Shown here one piece after another: positions 11,668 to 23,584 of a stretch of DNA of 64,000 nucleotides (its first letter is position 1; every line of letters begins with the position of its first letter). The stretch lies in assembly GCA_965644295.1 (NCBI GenBank), contig CBFFRP010000373.1, forward strand, positions 275,522-339,521. The letters run 5' to 3'. The notes beneath the pieces are model-generated. The model saw only the letters and a program-made list of their open reading frames with translations. It made no database searches and had not been told where the DNA came from. The DNA is from Paraphysomonas bandaiensis (Eukaryota; Protista; Chrysophyceae). Position numbers and translations under genes: made by a program.

Positions 11668-12387
11668 ATATTTATTAACACTACTGTACTAGTGCATTCA
11701 AGCACTTTTAGAACCATTCTACAAAAATTCTTAAAAGTCTAGTAAAATCTACTAGATTTTCCCAAATTTTTGAAAATTTCCCACGTTTGCATATTGTTTA
11801 CTTTGAAAACGACGACTCCGACCAGTTTACAGATTATAAAGACACTGGTCCACTACAACAGAAAGGACGAGACTTCGGAGGAGTCGGATATCCAACTAAC
11901 GACGAAACGAACTTCGCTTTTGATCAAGAAGCCGGAATGGGAACCCTTGATTCTGGCTGCACAGTCTCCATCACACCTGAAGCCGGATACATCACCAATT
12001 ATGAGGAATGCCTCACCGACATTCAAACAGCTAAGTCAGGATCGACTATGACCTCTTCACATGGAAGACTTGGTATTATCCCCAAGTTCAAGCACGTGGA
12101 CCATGCTTCAAGGACACTCGTGTCCATCAGCCAATTAGATGACCTAGGGTATAAAATCTTGTTCGGAAACCAATCAGTTGAGATATATAAAGATGAAATA
12201 CTGCTATCAAAGGGTAAGAGAGTTGGAGGCCTATACGAAATTCCGCTAACAGACCTCGGAACTCCTATTGACGAATCCCACCTTGCTTCAACTGCTTCAG
12301 GCCCACTCGCAACTCTAGCACATAAGAGATTGGCACATTCTTCAATTGGACTCATACAGAAAGCTGTACAATCGAAATTAGTAACGG

Positions 12388-12981
12388 AAGTAAACATTAT
12401 GCAATATCGTGGGATTTTTTTTTCCCACGTTTTTAGGAGTATTTGAGGAGTATTTCTCGTATACCGGTATATTGTACTATACTATACTGCTGCAGTATTG
12501 TGTATGTATTCGTTTGTACGAGTAGTACTCTATGCGCATAGAGGTGTATGTATGTGTGTGAGGAGGATATTTGAATTCTTGTGCACAGATCAGCACACAC
12601 ATACTCACACCACAGCACATGACATACATATACATGATACCATCATAGCACAGACTCCTCTGGTACGTAAGTTGTATATTAAATCACAAGTGGCTAGAAA
12701 CAATGTAGCTACGACTAGAGGGCAATGACTGCTGGCATCATGATGATCAATGGGTTGACAGTGGTAGTATGAGGGCAGGTAACGTGGTTGCTGGTAAGCA
12801 AAAAGGCGCTTCTGTTACATCCTATGAGACTTAAAATTATAATAAAATTAATATTTTTTGTTGTCTCTAACCCTAATACCACAAATAGAATTGTTTCTTT
12901 AACATTTCTACTTAAATACTGTAAATACTCCTAAATTTCCCAAAATATCGTAAAATTCCCACGTTTGCATAATGTTTACTT
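12388..12981. mobile_element. MITE / deletion derivative (594 bp) of the AAGTAAAC transposon family
   Basis: Perfect 17-bp TIRs AAGTAAACATTATGCAA and a 3-bp TSD CGG. Removing it restores Copia LVTGIKLT. The right part encodes a diverged transposase C-terminus (DQWVDSGSMRAGNVVAGK versus DQWVDSSSIRADNVVTGK). Confidence 0.95.
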
Positions 12982-13613
12982 CGGGTATTAAGTTAACGAA
13001 GTCGGAGATGAATGCTACTTCTTTACCGGGTGGCCTATGTGATGGTTGTGCTAGTGGTAAATCTCATCGCCGAAAACATAGACACGCTATCAGACAAATG
13101 CTGCTCAAGCGTGTAAGAAGAGCAAATGAGCTGGGGGAGCTAGTAGTAGCCGATTTTTCTGGACCCCATGCACCAGAGGCAATCATTACTGGCAACCGTT
13201 ACATACTCGGGATGACAGATGTAGCTTCCAGACACCAATGGGACTCCTACGGACCAACGAGAGATGAAGATTTTGTCATCCAATCCATCCAGAAAGTTGT
13301 TATGTATCTACATAGTAAAGGCAAACGCCTACAACATTATCATGCGGATGGCGGGAAGGAACTGGTATCAAGAAAAGTTCTAGAGTATCTTCAATCAATA
13401 GGGGCTACATGGACTTTCAACTCCCCGTATACCCCCGAGGATAACCCATTCCAAGAGCGATCATTGCGGACAACAAAAGAACGAGCACTCAGCAGCCTTA
13501 TCGACTCTGGACTCCCACCGAATTTCTGGGAACAAGCCTCAAAGGCGACAATACACATCAAGAACAGGTTACCGTGTCAAACAGCTAAAGGATTTATGTC
13601 TCCACTTCAGTTT

Positions 13614-16600
13614 ATCGAAAACGAAATACCAGACTTGAGTTATGCCAGAATATGGGGATGTAAATGCTTTGTGAATATCGATTCCAGTCTCCGAAAGAAC
13701 AACTGGGACAGACATAGCTGGCCTGGGTATTTTATGGGCTATCGAGAGGATGGTCCTGGATATATAGTCTTTGTTCCCGCATTAAGAGACTTTTTGTTAT
13801 ATATCAGGACATGCATTTTTCAACGAATGTGTTCCACCTGCGGATAAGAGATATTTTAAGGAGATAAATGAGACCTTCAGAGAGAATGAGACCTCCAGGA
13901 CAGTAGGAAGTTTCAAATATCTCATAGGTCTAGCACATGATGTAGATCCAGACGATGGATTAACATATGTAACGACTCAAATAAAGCTCAGAAAAGGACT
14001 AATCGCAGCGTATCGTGGTCTAGTGGACAACAGCGGTGACACTACACGCCTCATCCAGCTCACGACCCCATTCATGCTGCAGACGTCGAAAAGTACACTG
14101 AAGAATACATAGAACTCAAAGAAGTTGGTCTCAAATGTAGTAATTCTCGATCGAAAACCCCAATAAATAAATCCAGCAAATCAGATCGAGACCCCGATAC
14201 AGTTAATGGATCTCCAGCGCCAGCCGCTACTTCCAGGGGGAGTTGCGTGAATCTAAGACATCATGATGCCGCGCAGGAGAGAATCAGCAGCCAATGTCAT
14301 CGGAATGAACCTACCCACTCCGATGCAAAGATAGCGAAGACTCGCCCTTCGAAACAATTCAATGGGAATCTAGTGCCGAATCCGGCACCACACAGTCAAG
14401 TGGATCGTGTGTGTCAGCGTGTGGCCAAACGCTGTTACAAGCCTGCTGATTCATCGGGAGATTGGGAAAATCAAGATACACCTGAAGGGCCAAGTAAGGT
14501 CCGTGCTACAGCAAAACAACAATTTTTAGCTGGTAAAAAGAGTGTTCTCCGAAGCAAGAGAATGGCCAGGAAACGGGTAATTGTAAATATACACAAACTA
14601 GGTGATGGTGTATATACATGTGATGTAAATGCTAAACATGTAGTAAATCATATGGCACATGACACACAATGTATATTATCAAAATTACATACAAACAATA
14701 TTGATATTGTTATGCATGCTATCAGTAATTGCGATGACATTGACGAGCTAACCGATACACCAAAGAGTGTTCAAGATGCTATTTCAGGTAAATATATAAA
14801 CAGCAGTGGATCGATGCTATTAACAGAGAAATATCCACTCTTCAGAGGAAAGGATGCTGGAGATACACTGCGTTACCACCTGGAGCAAGAGCCATAAAGG
14901 GGAAACTCATATTCAAAATAAAAATAAAACAGAATGATATCAAAATCAAGGCTCGACTGGTCGCACAGGGTTTTACTCAAATCCAAGGCATCGATTACAA
15001 TGATACATAATACAGCCCCGTCGCGAAGGCTACATCACTACGTACAATTATTGCCCTATCGACCATTATGAGACTCAAATTGCACCAAATCGATTTCACA
15101 ACTGCGTACATCAATGCTGATCTCGAAGAGGACATATACATGCATCCCCCTCCTGGCATGGACGTCCCTGACGGAAAAGTCCTCAAACTGATGAAAAGCA
15201 TCTATGGTCTAAAGCAAGTAGGTCTTAACTGGTATAAGTGCTGTACAAATTTTATGCTAGATATGGGTTTCACCAGACTAATATCTGACCCGTGTATATT
15301 CAAAAAGCAGATTAATGGCAGGATTATGCTAATAGCCATGTATGTGGATGATATTATTATAGCATCCACATCCGACACTGATATTCAACAATTCAAAGAC
15401 CATTTATCCAAAAAGTTCGAAATTACGGATCTCGGACTCTTAGATTACTACTTGGGCATTTCTATCCATCAAGACTTTGACAAGAATATCACGACTCTCA
15501 GTCAGGAGCAGTATGTCAGAAAACTACTGGACAAATTCAATATGTCCAACTGTAAACCCATGTCAACACCTATGTTACTGTCTTTCAACTATGATTTACA
15601 TGAATACAATCATCTTTCAGAGTCAAATCAAAGTTATGTTCAGAATTTCCCCTACAAGGAGCTCATAGGTTCCCTGATGTATCTAGCTGTATGCACTCGA
15701 CCGGATATTGCCTACGCAGTCAATACTCTTGCCAGATTTTCTGATATGCCTAATCTAACTACCTGTGTAATGCTGCGTTACATGTTCTTAGCTATCTCAA
15801 AGGCACTGCTAAGCAAGGATTGATATATTCTGGATCCCACATAACATTGTCAGGATACTGCGATAGCGATTGGGCACGATGTCACCTCACTCGACGGTCC
15901 ACTACAGCTTTTACATTCTTCATAGGTAATTGTCTTATATCATGGCAATATCTCGATTACAGACAACTGTGGCATTGTCATCTACTGAAGCTGAGTATAT
16001 GGCTTTATCGTCAGCAGCTCAGGAAGCTCTTTATTATCAGAAATTGGTTTCAAACTTCCATTCTCAACAACTATTTGGTGCGATAATAAAGGTGCGGTCC
16101 AATTATGTTACAATCCTACTCATCATCGACGTACAAAACATATCGCGATTCGATACCACTTCATCCGTGAACACATTGCGGAGAACATTTTGACTGTGGA
16201 TCATATATCCACAAAGTCAATGTTAGCCGACCTCCTTACGAAACCACTAGGAACAAATAACTTCCGCACATTGCGAACTACATTGATGGGGGGAGCTGGG
16301 TTCGACATCCCATCCAGCAGCAACAGGAAGCGATCAACAACCTCAGAGACACCTAAATCACAATTACCAAGCCACTAGCGACCTAGGTGGCTAGTTTGAG
16401 TTACACGGAGTTTTTACCATTTTTTTTCTTTTATTCAATACATGATGCTGGACTAGAAGGATGGTCTCACAATATGGCATCTCTGCAGTTCGCTTATTAT
16501 TGGCTAGTGACTGCTACTCTGGTTTTTACTCTCAGTGTGTATATAAGTTCATATTCTCTCTATTATCTACGGTTCACTGATTATTTCATTGTGGGGGCGT

Positions 16601-17475
16601 ATTAGGATTCAGCTTAATACATGATTGTATCTGTGAATGATAATATTCAATGAAATATACCATGAGCTGAATTAGAGAGGGTATCTGTCGAAGATACGTG
16701 ATCGTCATCATAACGTCGTCATTATCAGTTACACTTCTAACTATTCCGTTGTGCATGATAGTACGTTCTATATTGTTATTCATAATTTTTACTCTATCGT
16801 GTTCATTACTTACACTCTAATAATCACAACATTGTTTTACTATTATAAAGATCAATTCTTTATTATATATCAATTCATTGCAGTATATTGTTATTGGCCT
16901 TTAAGATATTATTATCATCTATTTTTGCTGGTAATAAATTGTTACCGCCCCCTGCTGTTGTGTATACATACTAATGAAATTCTTTCTATGAAAGATATGA
17001 GATATTAATATATCACTATTGCTCGTTATCGTTAAAATTAAGAAACATATGTAATCTAAAGCAAATTAACACAGACATACATAAATAATCTATTTTACCA
17101 TATCAGACCGCAATATAGCTATCATATATATATGAGTTGACATAAACAGGGGGAAGTCACAGCATGGTCTTGTTTAGAGACAGAGTGCACATATGTTCAT
17201 GTAGTGGATATAGGAGGGGAAGCATCATTCATTTGTGTATATTACGAAAAGTTGATGGTTCGCTTTTCAAGAACATCCATAAGGATACGTCACTTTGGTG
17301 GCTTTACTTAATAAGTTAGGGTTAATTACAGAATCTATCATCCGAGATATCAATACTAGCGATGGAGATGTCTGTCGAAGCTTAGAATTCCAACTTTATT
17401 CCTTCCATGTAGATTTGCTATAGTGTTTAAGTTTATAAGCTATAGTCGATTACTAACATACTGTTCGCAACATTA
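13614..17475 (+). repeat. Arm 1 of a near-identical inverted duplication of about 3.9 kb (partner 46832-50697)
   Basis: The Copia INT C-terminus, RT, RH, 3' LTR and about 610 bp of non-LTR flank match the reverse complement of 46832-50697. Confidence 0.93.
16600..16862 (+). repeat. Copia 3' LTR
   Basis: Follows the PPT; matches 47458-47722 and 52967-53229 (both reverse complement). Confidence 0.88.
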
Positions 17476-19362
17476 GTATCACCTATAGCGTCGTTCACCA
17501 TTCAATCTCGAATTAACACATCAATCAAAAGAGAAATTACCTTACTTGAACAGCTATGATTAATTGGACACTTTCAAATCAGGTGAGACTTCAGATAGAC
17601 CTGTAAAGAGTATACAAAAAATTTTCTATGTCACGTTTCAACCACAGTCAGAAGACAATACAGATACAAATAATATTTGATCCCACACCAATGCTCTAGG
17701 TTTTACGTACAAAATAATTAGGCTCAGTGTTTGCTTCATCATGAGATATCAGAGATCAACTGTAGTTACACATCACTGCCCAGCATTCAGCACTCAGAAA
17801 GAACACAGACCACAAACAACCTAGAAGTGGTGTCAGTACAGCGCAATCATCTCGTAATTTGAGTATCATATTGCTACAAAGCAATCCGAAGTATCCGAGA
17901 GTAATCATTTTGCGCATCTGTACCACCTCGCAAAAATACAGGAGAACAGACATTGCATGCATGCAGCATCGTGAATTGACACCCAACGGCTGCTTAGCAA
18001 ATGCAACGTGCTTTTAATCCCTGTGTTATTGCATGTTGTGCTTGGTCAAATAATCAATTATGTACTGGGTAAAAGACCATAAACCAGCCAAATCATGAAT
18101 GATGGTGGATGCTCTTGGTACCTGCTGTGTTATGAACTTCTTGGTCAGAAAATCACTGCAAAAAAGGCTTTTTGGAGGTTTCATTTCGGTGTCTATTGTA
18201 CTACCGTCTGTAATACTGCTGTACTGCACGAGAAAATGATACAGAGAAGTGATATACAGCAGAGTATCCAGATAGAGAGTTCAGATGCAGGTTCATTAAC
18301 GCTGTTCATATCAATATATATTTTGGGTAAACTAATTCCCATATATGCCTTGTGTATCTTTGTCATCAGTAGTTGTCTCGGTTTAAGGTCAGCACTTCTT
18401 ATATGCCACATACCGCAGAGTGACTTGTGTTATTGTTTTGGATTGAGAGTAGTGCTCTGAGGGTGTAATGCGCAGGTAGCCAACACTGGCCAACGGTGGT
18501 GCCCCATCCAGAGCTAGACTTCCAGCGAGTTGATAGCTAATGTGGAATAACAATATCATACATAGCCTTCATATATAAAACTTATATGTATATATTACAT
18601 CCCCTCGTATAGTAAATTGAAGGGTGGGCGTAGCCGCTGCAAGGCTACTACTGCAGAGATGAAGGCCCAGGAACTGGTCTATATGCGCTTTCCTAATGAT
18701 TTAACACAAGTAATTGCATGTTATTGCTTTTTACCTGTGGCGTTGTGTTTCTAAGCCTCTTTCGGCTACATTTGTATTTATTTTCTTGACATCATTTTTC
18801 ACTTCCAGAAACACATTACTGTCCTTTGGAATAAGAATTATCAATCAGGTGAAAATGTTAAGCCTTCAATTTTTGAGCGTTTATTTATTTATGTTGTTTC
18901 CAACAGGAACTGCAGCGCTGCACGAACTTTTGATGATTTATCCTTTGCATGGTGTGTGATATATTATGTATAATGTTTGATATATATGTGTTGCTTTGAC
19001 GTATGTTTTGCATTTGTATCCATGATCACCGACCGCAATTACAGTACATTTATAAATTCACTATTATATTTTGTGCTGATATAATAATTATTACCACATT
19101 AATTAATAAAACTAGAAACGGCTCAACAATGAAAAAATAGTTGGTATATATTATTACGGTATAGTGGCTAGATGTTATTTTCAATAACAGCTGCTTCAAG
19201 CATTTGCAAATGAGATATCATCACATCTACTAAATGAACTCCTTCTGGATTGTCAGAATTCCTAAAATATTACCACGCCATTTTAGGATCTGATAAAATT
19301 ATCACCAGGTTTATATTCCTTTGAAAAAACCAAGTCAATTCCAGTAATAAAAAGGAAGACAA

Positions 19363-20397
19363 TTAGTAACCTTTCGCCCTATCAACAAGATACAACAGCG
19401 TGCTGTTCAAGCATTTCATGAAGTCATATTTATCATCAACGCTATTTTGGCGCATACCAACACATTGCATGTACCTTTCAAAGTTGTCAGCAAATACCTC
19501 TGCCACCAAACTGGGGTAAGAGACTGCGCTTATGTGCGGGGTGATGCTCACAGCAGGATGAGTCCAGAGTGGGCTACTACTAGGTAGTGGCTCATCTTCT
19601 ACTACATCTAAAACAGCGTGGGAAATTATATTCTCTTCCAGGGCTATCAGCAGTGAAGTCGTCGATATCACATCACCCCTTCCAATATTAATGAACACTG
19701 GCATACGGGAAGAACAACATGACCTCAATAAGTCCAGCGACAGCAAGCAGCGAGTATGCGGTGTGCTTGGAAGACAGTTCACAATGATATCGCTCGCACG
19801 AAGTACTTCCTCCACAGAATCGGAAAGAACGTCGAAAGGGCCAATATTTTCTCCACAGCATTCTCTGGCACACAACCCATAGGGTCTTAGCCCTACGCAC
19901 TTACATGCTTCTGCTATAGCTGTGCCTATTTTACCTGCACCTAATATACCTATGTTTTTCCCAGCTAATATTCCTCTGGAAGTGAAGGGCGTCCCATTCC
20001 ACTCACACTATCGCTGCTGATCTAAGGAAATAGGGATCTGGAGTTGCAATGCTAGAATCCATCCAAGTACATATTCTACCATCTGAACGCCAAACCCACG
20101 ACCGATGCGCGTAAAAATAAAATCTGACCGTGTGGTGTCTTCAAATATACGATTGACTCCAGCAAACGTGCACTGAAGCCACACGAGGCCTGGGAATCCG
20201 TTATCCAAATACTTTGAAACGCAACCAGGGTCGGCTAGCACGACTTCACAGGTTGGACTAATCGTATCTGTGCTTTCTTGAGATATTGCAATGTCACCAT
20301 TTTTGATGAGGGTGGCGAGGGCAGGTCTCGACAAACACTCACGGGAAACAGCATCATGGATGTCCTTTATGTCAGAAATGATGGCCACTGAAATCAT
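19363..20397 (-). CDS. D-isomer-specific 2-hydroxyacid dehydrogenase (GhrA-like) with one in-frame TAG at 20008-20010 (possible pseudogene or sequence error)
   Basis: WLQCTFAGVN, NAD-binding GILGAGKIG, INIGRG, AVLDV..EPL and ITPHISA motifs. ORFs 20008-20397 and 19363-19875 are in the same frame, and the 44 codons between them are open. Confidence 0.88.
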
Positions 20398-20814
20398 TCT
20401 TAAATTACTATGATATTTTCCACAGAGCCAATGTGAGAGTTGTACGTATGGAATGTCCTCCCTGCGAATGTGTAAATTGATGATACTTTTCTACGAAGTC
20501 GTAGCCGTGAGCATTTGCAGGATGTGGGGAATACTGCTGTATTCCATGGTATTCCGAATATAGTTCAACCGATATGATACTCTAGGATTATATCAGGCGC
20601 ACAATGCCAATGCATGAAAAACTTCTGGTGGTGGATGTGTGTTTTTTCTGCATACAGATACAACAGAATACAGAGCACTTGCAAACATATGAAATCCCCA
20701 GTCAGAACATTCGATTTCAGCATCAACTCTTGCCGCTACACGGGAGCTCCATTCGGCGCTTGCAAGAACTGCTACAACAAACCCAATCTGACTTCAACGA
20801 ATATTAACTGAGAA

Positions 20815-21941
20815 ATGCGCCGCACAATCGGTCTTCTGAACCCCCGTCGACTTTCTCTGCTGCCGATCCCTATGCACCTTGGGCAAAAGCATGCAGGCAC
20901 TGATCTCTCTCCGCAGTTGTTGCAAAATCTAGGCCTTATGGATATTCTGAGAGAGAATAAGTGGGAGGTTACCGTATCGGAAAATTTATGCGATCCAAGT
21001 AAATATTCCTCAGAACCTACTGACGAGGACAAACTTCATAATGCCAAAAATTGTCGAGAAATTGGACTCGCATGCCAGAAAATTGAAAAGGGAGTTTATG
21101 AGCATGCGAAGACTGATAATTTTTTGCTGATGTTGGGGGGTGATCACTCCATACCAATTGGCACAATACCTGCCATCAAGAGAGCCCGTCCGAACACTGG
21201 GATTGTGTGGGTTGATGCCCACGCCGACATCAACACACCTTCCGGCTCCGAATCCGGAAACATCCATGGCATGGTAGTATCTGTGATAATTTAGGCAAAA
21301 CTGCAGTTGATAAGTCTTAACAGCCTTTAGGGTTTCTCCTGGGGCTGGTTGATAATGTGAACTCCCTTCCGTCGTTCGACTACTTCAAGCCATGTTTAGA
21401 CCCCACCGATATTGTGTACATTGGGTTACGTGATGTCGACGACTTTGAGAAAGACACTATTCGCCGCCTCGGCATTAAGGCTTACTCGGTGAGTGGCCTT
21501 TATGTTGATTAAATACTCTACTGAAGTGAATAATACAATTGATGAGTATAGATGTACGATATCGATAAGAAAGGAATTGGACGGGTCATGGAGGAAGTCG
21601 GAGAGTATATGGCCGGTAAGGACATACACTTATCCTTTGATATCGATGCATTGGATCCGTTATTTGCACCCAGCACTGGCACTGCCGTCCGTGGAGGACT
21701 CACGTTTAGAGAGGTCAGTGGAGTGGCGTTTTCTTCCGTTTTTTGACTGACTTGACTTTGTGTGCGTGACAATATGGTGTAGGGAAACTACATATGTGAG
21801 ACCCTGTATGAAACAGGACGGCTGAAATCTATGGAGATGGTAGAAGTAAATCCTATGCTTAATAACCAAGCGGATGCCAAGCAGACCGCGGAGATGGCAA
21901 TCATACTGATACGAGCTGCAATGGGGCGCACTATTCTTTAG
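20815..21941 (+). CDS. ARG: Arginase (4 exons: about 20815-21273, 21324-21488, 21552-21713, 21783-21941)
   Basis: [53 protein letters not shown] and VEVNP motifs; GT-AG introns. Confidence 0.95.
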
Positions 21942-22251
21942 AATCTCTACCGCTTGAAAACGAGCCTCATAAATCGCTTAATATACGATATATATTACTA
22001 TCTAAATGAAAATTATTCTTTTTCTATCATGAATTCAATTGAACGCGGTTGTGATTTCAAAGTAGCAGTCGCATGACTTTAACTCATGCTCCAATCGTTT
22101 GAGAATATCATTGTTTGGACTCCGCACATTGCACAGCCATTTAAATTTTAATGTTCAATGTGTGGTGTTTAATATTTGATGCCCTAGTCATATGATGTAA
22201 TGTTTGCAATATAGCAAAATTGTATATAGATTTTGCTTCAATTCTAGCTAT

Positions 22252-23584
22252 CAGGCTTGCGTAACAATTAATTGGTTTTAAAAGTGATAATTTCAATTAT
22301 TATTATTGGTAAATGTTGCCAATTAATTGCAATTAATTGGCTGGCTAAATTATATATAGCATCTTACGATACTAGCTACTGATCTTAGGTACACACCCAT
22401 TATATGCTAGTATAGTAGTGTGGATTATGGATGTATGATGTGCAATGTGTACAGTCACGTTATTTATTAATCGTAATTAGGGTTAGTGTACACTTTAACC
22501 TCAGTATGCCAGAGTAATATATCATGTCAAAGATCGTTGGCAAAGAACAAACTGAGCACCTCCATAACGATGGTCTAGATACATAGCATATAATGTGATA
22601 GCATATTCAACTGCTTCGAAATATTCAAGTATATAGTAGTAGTGTAAATAATGACGTTGTCCGTTAAGTACCACTATCAGAGGAGGATCCGTAGTGTGTG
22701 TGTACAACAATAATAATAATGGACTAGAAGCATTATTGGATAGCCATACTTATCATTCTTATTTCTTCATCAGGATGGCATTGAATGAATTTGATTATTT
22801 AATTCGTCAGTACCCTGGGATGAAATTTCACCTGGGTGCAGACGCAGAAATTGTTCAAAATGCAGATTTCGAGAGAGAAGTAGTCAAAATTCAGCGCGGT
22901 AGAGAGGAAGAACTGAACCGCGCTGAAAAAGCGCAGGTGCGACGCTTTTTGATAAATGCTGTACCTGCACACGAAGGTGAACCTGATGAAGAGAAAGATG
23001 AGTAGGAGGACGACGAGGCCATTCGTTTACTTAAAGACAACCGAAAGCGCCAAAAAGCACGCATCAAACTTCCAACACGATATCGCTGCATAAAGTATTT
23101 GTATAGCACTACAAATGTTTGCGAGAGGTTGTTTAGCAGAGCTGAGATTGTTATGTCTATATATATGCAAGAGAATGGCACCTAAAGTAAACAATATGCA
23201 AACGTGGGAAATTATCAGAAATTTGGGAAATTCTAGTAGATTTTACTAGACTTTTAAGAATTGTTGTAGAATGGTTCTAAAAGTGCTTGAATGCAATAGT
23301 ATAGTGTTAATAATTATTTTTATTAATATTTAGGTCCTATAGGACACACCAACAGCAGTAGTAGACACCTTGAAATGTTGAATTTTCTGCGTGAAATTAT
23401 TAATGTTTCTTTGGGATGAGATTATAGTTGAGTAAGTAATTCAATAGAACCAAAGGCAATAAACTGGCAATTATTGCTAATTAATTGCATTTTGCCAATA
23501 ATTGGATGCTTGATTAATGATTGCAATTATTATTGGTAGACACCTGTCACCAATTAATTGCCAATTAATTGTTACGCAAGCCTG
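22252..23584 (+). mobile_element. hAT-superfamily deletion derivative
   Basis: 24-bp TIRs CAGGCTTGCGTAACAATTAATTGG; perfect 8-bp TSD CTAGCTAT (22244-22251 and 23585-23592); remnant of the hAT dimerisation domain (STTNVCERLFSRA...LEML) with stops. Confidence 0.93.
23185..23357 (-). mobile_element. Single-ended 173-bp fragment of the AAGTAAAC transposon inside the hAT element
   Basis: Matches the reverse complement of about 11640-11803 and interrupts hAT codons RMAP|RHLEML. Confidence 0.88.

Larger units (their letters stand above)
6237..11803. mobile_element. Two-gene DNA transposon (DDD transposase plus Myb/SANT accessory gene); left end truncated
   Basis: Flanked by TGA on both sides (6234-6236 and 11804-11806). 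Removing it restores the Copia frame QSTENDDSDQ. The right end CCCACGTTTGCATATTGTTTACTT matches the family TIR; the left end keeps only AAG. Confidence 0.88.
4910..16862 (+). mobile_element. Ty1/Copia retrotransposon copy 1, disrupted by four insertions, frameshifts and stops; its 5' part lies beyond the Gypsy, outside the window
   Basis: Gag with CFRCDGKGHIASEC knuckle; protease TLDSGCT; integrase ADFSGP, HADGG and ERSLRT; RT YGLKQ and MYVDD; RNase H GYCDSDWA, STEAEY and ADLLTKPL; PPT GTGGGGGCG; 3' LTR 16600-16862. Confidence 0.95.

Noticed and set aside
16387-17008. Short hydrophobic ORFs as an env-like gene (also 47333-47935)
   Set aside because: They are short, lie in the AT-rich 3' UTR and LTR, and have no recognisable motifs.
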